From NCBI RefSeq assembly GCF_006345805.1, contig NC_043004.1:104222001-104286000 (forward strand): a DNA stretch of 64,000 bases, given 5' to 3'. This DNA is from Octopus sinensis (taxonomy: Eukaryota). The notes beneath the pieces are model-generated. The model had not been told where the DNA came from, did not search any database, and saw only the letters and a list, made by a program, of their open reading frames with translations. This document shows positions 12,484 to 25,380 of the stretch, piece after piece. The stretch's first letter is position 1, and the number at the start of each line of letters is the position of its first letter. The position numbers were made by a program, and so were the translations under genes.

Positions 12484-13365
12484 TTAGATTATTAAATGGG
12501 GATGTGTATGAAGTATCCGACAACCATTATTTACGTGTTCGATAATTTGTTGTTTAAGTTTGCAAATGTCATCCCTGAGTGTTGTAGTCATTTGGGACAG
12601 TTCTGTATTCTGGTCCTTCAGATCTTTAACTCGATCTTCCAGTCTCGCGATGCGCTCTAGCTTTCGCGTCCGGCACTTTCGGGCAGCGATTCGGTTCCTG
12701 GCACGCTTTCGTTCTAATTTAATTCGCTCCTGTGATTCCATATTAATAGGAGAGAGCGGAGGTGTACTTCCTAAACATGGTACTGTTTGGGGTTCCTCTT
12801 TAAGTTTCACTATACCAGATTCTTCGTTTGTGTTCACTGTAGAATGATTGGATGGTGGTAGGGTAGTAGAAATGGACTGATGGGCGGACACGAGATTTGA
12901 CTGGGTATTTGTTGACCCGCGGGCATTCAGGAGGGTAGAATCGGTAGCGGTTATACTGTTCATTAAATTCCCTGGAGTATTAAGACTTTCGCTGGACGTT
13001 TGTGTGTAAGGAAAATTTGGTAAATTATACAAAGTATCTTCTCCATAGCTTTTGTGTAATTTGGCTAAGGCATCTACAAATCCCCGAGCGTAAGCTTCTT
13101 GTTCTTCTGTTACGAATTTTGGACAGAGAATTTGTGTTGGTGTTGGAGTTGTAGTGACCATTCCATTAGCCTGAATTATCATCCGTTCCAACTCCGGAGA
13201 TGCTAGTTTTAAAAGGTTTAGATCGGGTGACTGAAGAGGGTTATTAAGTTTTGCGGATTTTGCACTGCTACCGCCTGGAGTAAAGTCCAGAGTCATAGAC
13301 TTTTTAAGTCTTTTAAGCGACTCATTGCTTGGATGACACTCGTCGTGGTAAAACGTCGGTTCCAT
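12484..13365 (-). CDS. jun: Jun (AP-1 bZIP transcription factor), intronless, 293 aa
   Basis: Contains MEPTFY N-terminus, delta/JNK-docking [26 protein letters not shown] (S63/S73 equivalents), TTTPTPT (T91/T93), [23 protein letters not shown] motif, TPPLSP Fbw7 degron, basic region [17 protein letters not shown] and leucine zipper ending HVNNGC. Confidence 0.98.
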   Translation of the reverse strand: MEPTFYHDECHPSNESLKRLKKSMTLDFTPGGSSAKSAKLNNPLQSPDLNLLKLASPELERMIIQANGMVTTTPTPTQILCPKFVTEEQEAYARGFVDALAKLHKSYGEDTLYNLPNFPYTQTSSESLNTPGNLMNSITATDSTLLNARGSTNTQSNLVSAHQSISTTLPPSNHSTVNTNEESGIVKLKEEPQTVPCLGSTPPLSPINMESQERIKLERKRARNRIAARKCRTRKLERIARLEDRVKDLKDQNTELSQMTTTLRDDICKLKQQIIEHVNNGCRILHTHPHLII

Positions 13366-13582
13366 CTCTGTGCCTTTATTTTTTTTCTTTCCAGCAAACC
13401 TTATTTATATTATAAGCGCGGAAGTTTGCGACAGAGAAATCTGTAATAATGTAATCCGTAGAAGTGAAAGACGATAAAATGTAAAGATGGTCCTCTCTTT
13501 AGTTTTCTCGAAGTGTTCGTGAAGCTGTAGAGATATTTTCAGTTTTATTTTCACGATCCTTCCGATACTATTTCAAAATGTG

Positions 13583-13720
13583 ATCTGAGTCCAAACACTT
13601 CTTCTGACGCCCTTTATTCGAATGAGTCATCTGCTAAAAATAAAATGACATCACCAGGAAGGCTTCTGATTGGCTGACGATGACATCATTTACTATGTTC
13701 TGTAGTCGACGCTGATTGGC
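13583..13720 (-). promoter_or_regulatory. jun proximal promoter: Inr-like TCAGAT, TATA-like AATAAA, AP-1, MEF2, two TGACATCA (jun1-type), two CCAAT boxes
   Basis: Plus-strand positions: atctga 13583-13588, tttatt 13613-13618, TGAGTCA 13623-13629, CTAAAAATAA 13634-13643, TGACATCA 13646-13653 and 13681-13688, ATTGG 13669-13673 and 13715-13719. No minus-strand ATG between 13586 and the start codon. Confidence 0.75.
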
Positions 13721-13810
13721 GGGCTTTTTTTAAACGTGCACCATTTAGATGCAACGACCATGGGAAAAGTTGTGGTCCTACGTCGGCGAAGTAACTGCGT
13801 AGTACGTTTT

Positions 13811-13820
13811 CCTTATATGG
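13811..13820. promoter_or_regulatory. CArG box (SRF site) upstream of jun
   Basis: CCTTATATGG matches CC(A/T)6GG, about 230 bp upstream of the inferred TSS. Confidence 0.6.
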
Positions 13821-16074
13821 AGTATCAGCCTCTCCACATGGTGTCTCGCTGGCCAAGGTGCGAGAGACGTACTCGCTGAACCGCAACTTGCTATCAACTT
13901 GTAGTAGTCCTCCTTCCACCCCAGTTTAAAGTAAATAAATGAGTGAGTGAGAAAGAGAGGGGGATAAAGAGTTAGACAGACAGACAGAGAGAGAGAGAGA
14001 GAGAAGGCAGCAGTGTCTGCTCTACCTTTCGCTTCAGCTTCGATCTAAAACGACATTCAACCACTTAACAATTATTCCATTAAAGTATGAAAACTCAGTT
14101 TCTTTAAGTCGACAACAGCTGCCTCTCGTTAATATCCTTCACTCTGGCTACAGTTAGCAGCCATGTGTTGGCATTCCTGTTCATTCCCTGGCACCATGTC
14201 TCTTCTAAAGACAGACGGACAGGTCTCCGTCGGCCGCCACTGCTATTTCTTCTGTTCCCTTCAATGTTTGTTACCCACTGCTGCTAAACTTGCCGTTTTA
14301 GTTCTGTTTGTTTGTCGGGAGGACCGTCGTTGTTTCATGAGGATCTGTTTATTCTATGGGTACGAGAGAGAGTTCTCGATACATCGGCCGGTGGTTGTTG
14401 TTGCTGTTGTTGTTATATTACTGGGTAGGTTTTTTTGTGTGTATTGTTGTTTGAACCCCAGCACTCACCCTTAACGAGTATTTACCAGCCATTGAGACAA
14501 TCCCCTCTTATTTCGGATATGTAACCACCGCGCAATCTGTCCTGTAATTTTGATATGACAGTAGGGTGTGATTTGAGAGGAACTTGGTTGCTATTTCTAA
14601 CACGTCAAGTAACCACGTAAAAAAAGAAAGACGCTCCCTCATTGAATAATGTTGAGGTAAGTTACCGGCCAGCCATCCTCGTGGCTCGGGTTTCAATTCC
14701 AGGTGAATGACGCCGCCTCACCTTTGTCGCTAATGCCCTTGGTGAAAGCATAAATGTCACATCACCTTGATTTTGTTTTTCCTTAAAACTTCATAAAAAA
14801 TACGCCGGAATTAATAAAGATGTACAGTAATTACTGTGGAGGAATTTTTTCTGCAATTTAATAGTTGTTTGTTTTTGAAGTAGGATTGTGTAGATATTGC
14901 GAAATGATTTCTATAGCTGTCAGGTGTTGTGACGTTTCTGTGACGGGTGGGTAGTTGGTATAGGGTAGATATGAGATTGTTTTGTTGTTGGGTAGGTGTT
15001 ATGAGATTGTTTCGTGGCAAAGAAGTTCATAGACTCGGGTACAGCGGGTGCGAGCGCACTTCCTGAATTTTTATTTATTTAATTATTTTTGGTGGGGGCA
15101 AGTAATGAAAACGCTCTCAAGATCCTCCTGAAAAACTGGGTTTGCACCTTCTAAGCAAATGTTTGTTCCCGCACTTACGAGGGGCACAGTGTGTTCTGTT
15201 GATGGTTGTAAAGTTGTAAAATTCACATATCACATCAAAAATTTTAATTAGAATCAGTACTTCAGCAGCTCCTGTTTCGTAATATTGAGCAGATGTGAGT
15301 TAAACTAGCTCCTGGATAAGACGCCAAACTATACGAAGGCTAACGTTCCTAGACGATTTATATATATATATGGTACTTACGCTCTGCGGCCAGGTAAATG
15401 AACTATGACATAAAGATTTGGAAAACAGACTTATGATCCCGTAGACCAATTCCTTATGCAATCTTTGAAAAAGTTTGTTTGCAAAAAAATTCAGATGCTG
15501 TGCTTTTCGGGTTCATCTGTGGGGTTCTTATCGATATTAGCGGGCGCTTGTAATATTTATATGTATGAATATATGCATACTGTATGTATATATAAATATA
15601 TATATATATGTAATTTTTTTATCTATTTATTTATATGCACACACACATGCATGTTTAGCTTAAGTGCAAACCACGAAACTCTCTGACCTTGAGTTACAGC
15701 TAAATAAAAAGACACAAACATACACGTGTGTGTGTGTGTGTTTGTTGATGTAAATAATACATATGTAAATGTGTGTGTGTATGTGTACATAAGGATATTT
15801 AAATATAAAAAGATATGTGTGTGTGAGAGAGAGTCTGTGTGTGTATTTGTTTCACACTATTTTACAACCAGTTTTGGTTTGTTTGTGACAGTGTAACGTA
15901 GCGGTTAGATAACGGGAACCGATCAAGCTTAAAATAATAAGTGCTGGGGATATATTTGATCGACTAAACTCTTCAAGTTACTGACTCACAAATGACTTAA
16001 ATAAATGTGTATGTTACACACACGCATTCATTATATATATATTATATATATATATATTATATATATATATATAA

Positions 16075-16150
16075 TATTAAATTAGAGATAAAACCACTAT
16101 TAGGCAAATCAAACAGTGAAAATCATAAGTCAATACATAAAATTAATTTA
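16075..16150 (+). repeat. AT-rich (TA)n-associated repeat end, inverted partner at 18785-18860
   Basis: ATTAAATTAGAGATAAAACCACTATTAGGCAAATCAAACA is reverse-complemented at 18817-18857. Confidence 0.7.
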
Positions 16151-16682
16151 AAAATATAAAAGTTAAAAATTAAAAAATTATTTAAATAATTTAAACTTAT
16201 AACTTTTATATATATATACAAATATATATATATATGTATATATGTATGTATATTTTTATATTTATATATTATTTTATTAATTAATTAATTTTTTTTTAAA
16301 TATCAAAAGTATTAAAAGTTTAATAAAAGATAAATAGTAAAACACTATATATATAATATATATCTATATATATATATATATATATATATAATCTCCAAAT
16401 ATACGACGGGCTTCCATTCAGTTTCCCTCTATCAAATTCACTTGTATAGTACATGACACCATGCGAACTTGGCAGCATTGTCATGTCTACACCTATAATA
16501 TATCTGTATATATTACGAATGTGTGTGTGTGTGTGTGTATACACACACACATACATACATACATCATACATACATACATACATACATACGTACGTACGTA
16601 CGTATAAACACACACACACAGAACGATAGATTTGCACATGTATATATGTTAATGTGTAAACGCACACACACACATAGATATA

Positions 16683-16755
16683 CATCGCCTAGCTAAGTCG
16701 GTAGAGCACGAGACTCTTAATCTCGGGGTCGTGGGTTCGATCCCCACGTTGGACG
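16683..16755 (+). pseudogene. tRNA-Lys(CTT) pseudogene
   Basis: TAGCTAAGTCGGTAGAGC A CGAGA CTCTTAA TCTCG GGGTC GTGGG TTCGATC CCCAC matches metazoan tRNA-Lys-CTT. Anticodon at 16716-16718, TTTT shortly downstream. The acceptor stem (CATCGCC / GTTGGAC) does not pair. Confidence 0.8.
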
Positions 16756-16931
16756 ACTGGTTCTTTTATTATAGATGCACGCGTGGTTGTATAATAAGAA
16801 GCTTCTCAACCACATGGTTCCGGTTCAGTCCCACTGCATGGCATCTTGGGCAAGTGTCTTCTGCTATAGCCTCGGATCGACCAAAGCCTTGTAAAGAAAT
16901 TTGGCTGACGGAAACTGAAAGAAGCTCGTCG

Positions 16932-16964
<33 letters not shown>

Positions 16965-17210
16965 GTATGTATATATTTGTATATATCTTTGTGTTTGTTA
17001 TCCATCTACACTTCCACTTGACAACCGGTGCTAATGTGTTTACGTCTCGGTAACTTAGCGGTTTGTCAAAAGTATCAGGCTTTGAAAAAAATAAGTACTG
17101 GAGTCAACGCATTCGACTAGAAATTCTTCAAGGCGGTGCCCCAGCATGGCCGCAATCTAATGACAAACAGGAGAAGGCTAATATATATATATGTATGTGT
17201 GTGTGTGTGT

Positions 17211-17510
17211 GGAGGCGCAATGACTCACTGGTTAGGGCAGCGGACTCGCGGTTGGAGGATCGCGGTTTCGATTCCCAGACCGGGCGTTGTGTGTGTTTAT
17301 TGAGCGAAAACATCTAAAAGCTCCACAAGGCTCCGGCAGGGGGTGATGGCGACCCGTGTTGTACTCTTTCGCCACAACTTTCTCTCACTCTCTCTTCCTG
17401 TTTCTTGAGTAACGCTGCGATGGACTGGCGGAGGGTGGGGGACACATACGCCACAGAAACCGGGAAACCGGGCCCATGAGCCTGGCTACGCTTGAAAAGG
17501 GCGAAGTTAA
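17211..17510 (+). mobile_element. SINE family C head with a different 3' tail
   Basis: TGACTCACTGGTTAGGGC A-box-like, GGTTTCGATTCC B-box. 3' part GCTGCGATGGACTGG..CAGAAACCGG differs from the 186-570 copy. Confidence 0.75.
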
Positions 17511-17527
17511 TCGTTTTATATATATAT

Positions 17528-17599
<72 letters not shown>

Positions 17600-18054
17600 T
17601 ATATATTATTAGCCTGCGGCTATGCTGGAGCACTACCTTCGAAAGTGTAACCGAGAAAATCGTGCCTTGTACTCATTGTTAACTCTGCTACTTATTCTAC
17701 CCCACTCTTCTTTTGCCGTACGGGGACGTCAACAAACCAGCAAGGTAGGGGTAACGCAAAAACGCGCGCCCACACATATTCCTCACAGCTTTCACTTACC
17801 AAATCGCAACGAGATTCCTCAGTTTTCCATCTACCAACTACAGAAGGCATTGGCTGGCCATTGTAGAAGACGTGCTGAGGGACTGAACCCGAACATTTTT
17901 GAGTGTGTGTGTGTGCGTGTGTAAGCACTGGCATGGTTATGTGGTCAGAGAGCTTTGGAACCACGTGGTTTAGGGTTCAGCACCACTGCGCGGCACGTTG
18001 CGTACCTGTGACAGATGTGAGGGAATTTGGTAGATAGTAACTGTGGAAACCCAT

Positions 18055-18635
18055 GCCGCTACGTTCTGAGTTCAAATTCCGCCCAGGTCGACTTTGCCTT
18101 TCATTCTTTCGGGGTCGATTAAATAAGTACCAGTTACGCACTGGGGGTCGATATAATCGACTAAATCCGTTTGTCTGTCCTTGTTTGTCCCTTCTGTGTT
18201 TAGCCCCTTGAGGGTAGTAAAGAAATAGGTATCTATCTATCTCTCTTATTTCTTTACTGCCCACAAGGGGCTACATACAGAGGGCACAAACCAGGACAGA
18301 CAAACGGGTTAAGTCGATTATATCGACCCCAAAAGGAATGAAAGCAAAGTCGACCTCGGCGGAATTTGAACTCAGAACGTAGCGGCAGACGAAATGCCTA
18401 TTTCTTTACTACCCACAAGGGGCTAAACACAGAGAGGACAAACAAGGACAGACAAAGGGATTAAGTCGATTATATCGACCCCAGTGCGTAACTGGTACTT
18501 ATTTAATCGACCCAGAAAGGATGAAAGGCAAAGTCAAAGTCAACCTCGGCGGAATTTGAACTCAGAACGTAACGGCAGACGATATCCGGTTACGCATTTC
18601 GCCCGGCGTGCTAACGATTCTGCCAGCTCGCCGCC
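18055..18635. mobile_element. SINE family B (Meta-domain-like) cluster: one plus copy followed by two minus copies
   Basis: GAGTTCAAATTCC B-box and GCCTTTCAT.CTTTCGGGGTCGAT.AAATAAGTACC domain at 18055-18230 (+) and 18246-18635 (-). Confidence 0.85.
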
Positions 18636-18855
18636 TATCTAGCTTATATCTATCTATCCTTATATGCGTGTGTGTGTGTGTTTATAAATGGCTATATGCA
18701 TGTAACTTTGTGTATAATGTGTTCGTGTTCAATCTTTTATTAATCTTTTAATACTTATGATATATATTTAAAATAATATAAATTAATTAATTTTATGTAT
18801 TGGCTTAAGTTTTTCATTGTTTGATTTGCCTAATAGTGGTTTTATCTCTAATTTA

Positions 18856-18897
<42 letters not shown>

Positions 18898-20685
18898 TAT
18901 ATTATATATATATTATATTAATACACACACACACACATATATAAGCCTACATACGCATAAATGTGTATAATGTATACATTCAATATATATATATAAGAGG
19001 GAGAGAGAGAGAATTAGAAACAAGTAAATGTATTTTTTGTGAGTACACATTTGTGCGATTGTACGTGTGTAATATCACCCTCAGATGTTTACGTTTTTGA
19101 AAGAAAATGAAACGTGCTGATAAGATAGGTAAAAGCACACATGTGGGCGAAAATGCCAAAGTGACAATCTGCCGTGACTTCCCTCACATACACACGCACA
19201 GGTTTAATTTGAATCTGGCAATTAATGTATGATTGAAAGCGTGTATATAATTTTCTCAGAAAAAAAAAAAAAAAATGTTTACGTGCCGGAGGAAAATATT
19301 AAGCTGAGTTAATATCGGGACAGTTTCAGAAATCTTTTTGATGTGGCTATTGTATGTGTTTTTTTCCTTTTTGTTCTTGATCGGCGACGCACACACAGTC
19401 ACACAAACTTCTCTCGTACAGGCGCACACACACATTCGTGCTCGCACGTGTGTAGGTACATTTTTTTTACTGGTTTCAAGTCATTGGACATCGCACACGA
19501 CACAGAACTATCTTGAAGGGGTTTTTTTTTTTTTGGTTTTTTTTACTAGTTCGTTATGTGACTGCGGCTATGCTGGAGCACCGCCTTAAAGGGTTTTTTT
19601 TTAGTCGAAGAAATCGATCCCACGACTGATTCTTTGTAAGCTTGTTACTTATTCTATTGATATCTTTTGCCGAACCACTAAGTTACGTGGACGTAACCAC
19701 ACCAACATCGGTCGTCAAGCAATGATATATATATATATACGACGGGCTTCTTAAGGTTTTCGTCGACCAAATTCATTCACAAAGCTTTGGTCGGTTCGAG
19801 GCTATAGCAGAAGACGCTTGGCCAAGGTGCCATACAGTGGGACTGAACCCGAAACCGTGTTTGGGAAGCAAGTTTCTTTACCTCACAGCCACGCCTGCGC
19901 CCGTTTGGCTCGTATGTATTTTGTCGGTATCTAAGAGTCAAACTGTTAAGAACGGGTTACAAATAAACGCAAGCACAAACAACACTTGTGTTTACGCTGT
20001 AAACACAGACATTATACATACGTGCATACGACGACCGGCTTTATACATCGTTCAGTCCATTAAATTTCAACTTATCCGAAGTTACGCCAAACGACACTCG
20101 CCTAATGGGCGTCGTTCTGGGTTCGAACGCAGACACGCGTAGTTGAAAAGCGAAATTCAAAACTACATAGGCATATCTGCTCTATATTCAAATAATGTGT
20201 GTGTGAGAGAGAGAGAGAGAGGGAGACAAAGAGAGAAACACACACACACACACACAAGCATGGCTGTGTGGTCAAAAACTTTGCATCGGAGTCGCATGGT
20301 TTGGGGTTCGGCCCAACTGCGCGGCATCTTGTGCAAGTGTTTCCCCGCCGTAGTCTCGAGCGATCAGCCTTCTGAGTGAATTTGGTATCTGGAAACTGTT
20401 GAAGGCCTGTTGTATGTGTATGTGTGTGCGTGTATATGAATGTGTGTGTGTGTGTGTGTCTTATGCTTGCTTTTCCCTTCACCGCTTGACAACCGGCATT
20501 GGTTTGTTTAAGACCCTATAACCTATCGGCACGGCAGAGGGTAACGATAGAAATACTAAGGTGGTCTTGTGATTAAGCTATTTCACACAATATTATCGTC
20601 AGATTCCATTCTCGGACTTCAACAAGGCATCTAATTTCCTGCTCACATTGCTGGAAATGAGTAGCACCTGCCTGTCCTCCCCCCA

Positions 20686-20717
<32 letters not shown>

Positions 20718-20879
20718 GTACGTGCGTTTGGCTGTATGGTAAGAAGTTTGCTTCCTAACCACATGGATCCGGGTTCAGTCCCACTGCGCGACGCTTGGGG
20801 GCAAATATTTTCTATAGCCTCGGGCCAACCAAAGCCGTGTGAATATATTTGGTAGACGGAAACTGAAAGAAGCCCATCA

Positions 20880-21050
20880 GGCGCAGGAGTGGCTGTGTGG
20901 TAAGTAGCTTGCTAATCAACCACATGGTTCCGGGTTCAGTCCCACTGCGTGGCATCTTGCGCAAGTGTCTTCTACTATAGCCCCGGGCCGACCAATGCCT
21001 TGTGAGTGGATTTGGTAGACGGAAACTGAAAGAAGCCTGTCGTATATATG

Positions 21051-21083
<33 letters not shown>

Positions 21084-21276
21084 TTGTCCCCCTAGCATTG
21101 CTTGACAACCGATGCTGGTGTGTTTACGTCCCCGTCACTTAGCGGTTCGGCAAAAGAGACCGATAGAATAAGTACTGGGCTTACAAAGAATAAGTCCCGG
21201 GGTCGATTTGCTCGACTAAAGGCGGTGCTCCAGCATGGCCGCAGTCAAATGACTGAAACAAGTAAAAGAGTAAGAG
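20880..21276 (+). mobile_element. Major tRNA-headed SINE (family A, CORE-like), young full-length copy nested in an older copy (20722-21500)
   Basis: A-box TGGCTGTGTGG, B-box GGTTCAGTCC, CORE-like CTTG.GCAAGTG, internal (TA)n(TG)n, (GTAAAAGA)n tail. Dozens of full or partial copies in the window. Confidence 0.9.
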
Positions 21277-21509
21277 TATATATATATGTGTGTGTGTATG
21301 TTTGTCCCCACCATCGCTTTACAATCGGTTTTAGCTTATTTACGTCCCCGTAACTTAGCGGTTCGGCAAAAAGAGACGATCTAATAAAGTACCTGGCATA
21401 AAGAAAAAAAATGTACTGGAGTCCGTTCATTCGACTAAAAAAATTCTTCAAGACGGTGCCCCAGCATGGCCGCAATCTTATGGTTGAAACATGTAAAAGA
21501 TAACCTATA

Positions 21510-21725
21510 CAAGGAGGTGTGCTGAAAAGTTCCTAGCTTTAAGGGTGTCGCGAATGGCCAGGCTGGAGGCCCGACCTGCTGTGTTCTTTTACGGGGCTTA
21601 GAAATACTGAAGGACCGCTGCAATAAGTGTGTGAATCTGAGAGAGAGAGGAATACGTTGAATTATATCATAATTAACTGATCCTCTTGTATTTTCTTTTG
21701 CCCAAAACCAGGAACTTTTCAGTAC
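21510..21725 (+). mobile_element. mariner deletion derivative
   Basis: GTGCTGAAAAGTTCCT / AGGAACTTTTCAGTAC inverted ends. Internal DRCNKCVNLR..YVE resembles the mariner transposase C-terminus. Confidence 0.65.
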
Positions 21726-24479
21726 ATCAAAACACCTAAAGCTCCACGAGGCTCCGGCAGGGGATGGTGGTGATCCCTGCTGTACTCTTTCACCACAACT
21801 TTCTCTCACTCTTACTTCCTGTTTCTGTTGCACCTGTATTTCAAGGGGCCGGCCTTGTCGCTCTCTGTGTCACGCTGAATATCCCCGAGAACTACTTACA
21901 CGTTAATTTCACGAGCAGGCTGTTCTGTTGATTCGGATCAACCGGAACCCTCATCGTCGTAACCGATGGAGTGCTTCCATCCATTATTGGAAACGTGCGT
22001 TTGTCGATTAGCAGAGTCAAGATAAAACGCGTTACGATATTTTGCTCTCGCGCTCTGGGTTCAAATCTCGTGATAACTTAGTTTTTCATCCTTTCGGGGT
22101 CCATGGAGTACAGCTGAATTCTGTTGCAGCCCTTCTCTCCCTCTCTCTCATTCTTACTCTCTCACTGTCACATCCTTAACATTCTGCTAATTGAAGTGTG
22201 TGAGAGCCTAGAGTGTGTGTATGGCAGTGCGCCACTTCACAGGCACATAAAAGCAATTATCAAATGGAGATGATATCCAAGATTACATTATCCAGTTGGA
22301 AATTTGGCTGCTGTTTCTAGCAGTGGAGCGATTACATAGAGGCTGTCTTGTTGATTCTGGACGTAGGTGTGGTCTGAACCAATCCCTCTATAGAAGGAGG
22401 AATGAAACGGTCATTGTTGAGCACTGCTTTACATTATAAACAGCTATACTCAATATAAAGAATAATAATATAGAATGGATCTCCGTCTGTTTCGACGAGG
22501 GGTATTCTGTTTCTTGATCATTTGAACTGTCTATTCTTTGAATTAGTATGTGAGTGAGTTAGCAGCCCCGAGGCATGTGTACTTTTAGCATAATTCTCTG
22601 ATAGAATCAGAGTGTCGTGATGGGACCTCAATGTTGTGGATACGATCTGTCCGACGGGCTTCCACACAGTTTCCGTCTACCCAATTTCTCTCATGTGACA
22701 CCCGCCCGAGTTGCCATTCTGAATTCGACCCGCGATCGCATAGTTGCGAAGTGAATTTCTTAATCGTTCGGCCATACTATGTCCAACTTCATGCAGAACA
22801 GAAGCATTTAACATGATGATGATGATGATGATGATAGTTGTGGTGGTGGTTGGTAATGTTCGGCGCCTTGTTAGGTGAAATAGTTTATTACATAAAATAC
22901 TGATTGGCCCACCTCACGGTGAGTTGTTATTTTTAGCCTCAGGTCACTTCAGGACCAGGAAGAAACTTATTATCAAAGACGTCCCAGTCGTACGCATCCC
23001 ATTTTCTCTCTCTTTTTGATATCCACGCAACAAGTCCCTCCCTAAGAGTATGGTGTGATAAGGATTTAGCTTCACGGAGGTATTAAACACTCCGTTCATA
23101 TCTACTGCTCGTGTCTTATTTTGTATCTGAAGGTCAAACCCTTCGTTCCAAATTTTGGCTCAAGGCTAGCAAATTAGGGGGAAGGGCAAGTCGATTACAT
23201 CGCTCACAGTAATCAGCCTTTACTTACTTTATCGTCTCCGAAAAGATGAAAGGCAAAGTCAACTTCGATGGAATTTGAGCTCAGAACGTAAATGGCGCTG
23301 TGCATTTTGCTTTGGCTGAAATGCCACTAAGCATTTTGCCCTGCGTGCTAACGATTCTTTTCTACTCTAGGCACAAGGCCCGAAAGCTTGGTGGAGGAGA
23401 CCAGTCGATTAGATTGACTCTAGTACGCGACTGGTACTTAATTTATCAACCCCGAAAGGATGAAAGGCAAAGTCGACCTCGGCGGAATTTGAACTCAGAA
23501 CGTAACGGCAGACAAAATACCGCTAAGAATTTTGCCCGGCGTGCTAACGATCCTGCCAGCTCACCGCCTTCGCTTAAAGTATATATTGTCAGTTAATCGT
23601 GCATTATCCCTCGGATGAAATCTGTATTCTTGCATGCCTTTCCTCCACTTAGTACGGCCTGGTGGTGATGTTGATATATTGTATATACTCTCAGGCGATC
23701 GTTGCTTTGTCCTTCTGCGCACCATCGTACCATCTCAGGGCTCTTAACGCACCCTGCTTATACTGTTCATACCAACGGAAGCACATCTCTCACATTATTT
23801 AATGACTGATGCCAGTCCAACGACCATTCAAGCGGCTTCCTTGGTGTCGTGGTCCTCTCTAGTCTAGTTTAGCCAGTTCCAACACTAGCGAAGGGTCCAC
23901 ATTTCCATGGCATGCCATGTCCATATTTCTTAGATACAGACGAACAATCATATCCATAAAGGAACACTGGGCGCGCTATCTCACCCCTGTTCCTTTTTGG
24001 ATATAGGTGTCATATTCAATAGTACAGGCATCTCTGGTCACAAGAGGATTTCAAACATTTGTCTCCACTTCAACTACACAGCATTAACACGCATTCGTTC
24101 ATCTATGATAGTATCTCCATAGGATCGTATAGTAGAACCCAGCTACTTGAACTGGGTATTTTTGGTCAGTTTCTGACCATTAATATTGATGTTGCCTTCC
24201 GTCTGATGGCAGTATTCTGTATATTCAGTCTTTATAGTGTTCAACCGTGTTTCATTTATTTTCCCTGTTAAACCGAATCTTTGTCACTTCTATATTGGAG
24301 TCGTATACCTGTGGTTTGCCGTATGGTGGAATACATATCAGCATAGAAGAGCGTGCACAGGTTGAGCCTTTGGATATCAGTACTGGCCGTGTTTCATTCG
24401 CTGAATGAACAACAGAGGTGACATGGCGTATACCTGGTCAACATCATCTTCTAGGGGAAAGGTTAGCGAGACACCAATA

Positions 24480-24850
24480 GGCGTAGGAGTGGCTGTGTGG
24501 TAAGTAGCTTGCTTACGAACCACATGGTTCCGGGTTCAGTCCCACTGCGTGGCACCATGGGCAAGTGTCTTCTACTGTAGCCTCTGGCCGACCAAAGCCT
24601 TGTGAGTGGACTTAGTAGACGGAAACTGAAAGAAGCCCATCGTATATGTGTGTGTGTCCGTGTTTGCCCCCCCCACCAACAACCGATGCTGGTGTGTTTA
24701 CGTCCCCGTAACTTAGCGGTTAGGCAAAAGAGACCGATAGAATAAGTACTAGGCTTGCAAAGAATAAGTCATGGGGGCGATTTGCTCGACTAAAGGTGGT
24801 GCTCCAGCATGGCCACGGTCAAATGACTGAAACGAGTAAATGAGAAAAGA
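24480..24850 (+). mobile_element. SINE family A
   Basis: Full-length match to the 20880 copy. Confidence 0.9.
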
Positions 24851-24966
24851 GAAAGCGAGGATACCGTGCGTTATTGAAACTTTGATACGAGAATTGGACC
24901 CATCTCACATAGTAGACGTGTCTCTACGTTGTCAGTGTTTCAGTTTGTATTGCTGTCAGCAATATA

Positions 24967-25380
24967 CTCTTTACTCTTTTACTCTTTTACTTGTTTCAGT
25001 CATTTGACTGCGGCCATGCTGGAGCACCGCCTTTAGTCGAGCAAATCAACCCTGGGACTTATTCTTTGTAAGCCCAGTACTTATTCTATCGGTCTCTTTT
25101 GCCGAACCGCTAAGTGACGGGAACGTAAACACGCCAGCATCGGTTGTCAAGCAATGCTAGGGGGACAAACACAAACACACACACATACACATACACATAT
25201 ATATATATACATATATACGACAGGCTTCTTTCAGTTTCCGTCTACCAAATCCACTCACAAGGCATTGGTCGGCCCAGGGCTATAGCAGAAGACACTTGCC
25301 CAAGATGCCACGCAGTGGGACTGAACCCAGAACCATGTGGTTGGTTAGCAAGCTACTTACCACACAGCCACTCCTGCGCC
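24967..25380 (-). mobile_element. SINE family A, young copy, inverted relative to 24480-24850
   Basis: Reverse complement of the family consensus. Confidence 0.9.

Noticed and set aside
12560-12847. 95-aa ORF antisense to jun
   Set aside because: Shadow of the bZIP coding region.
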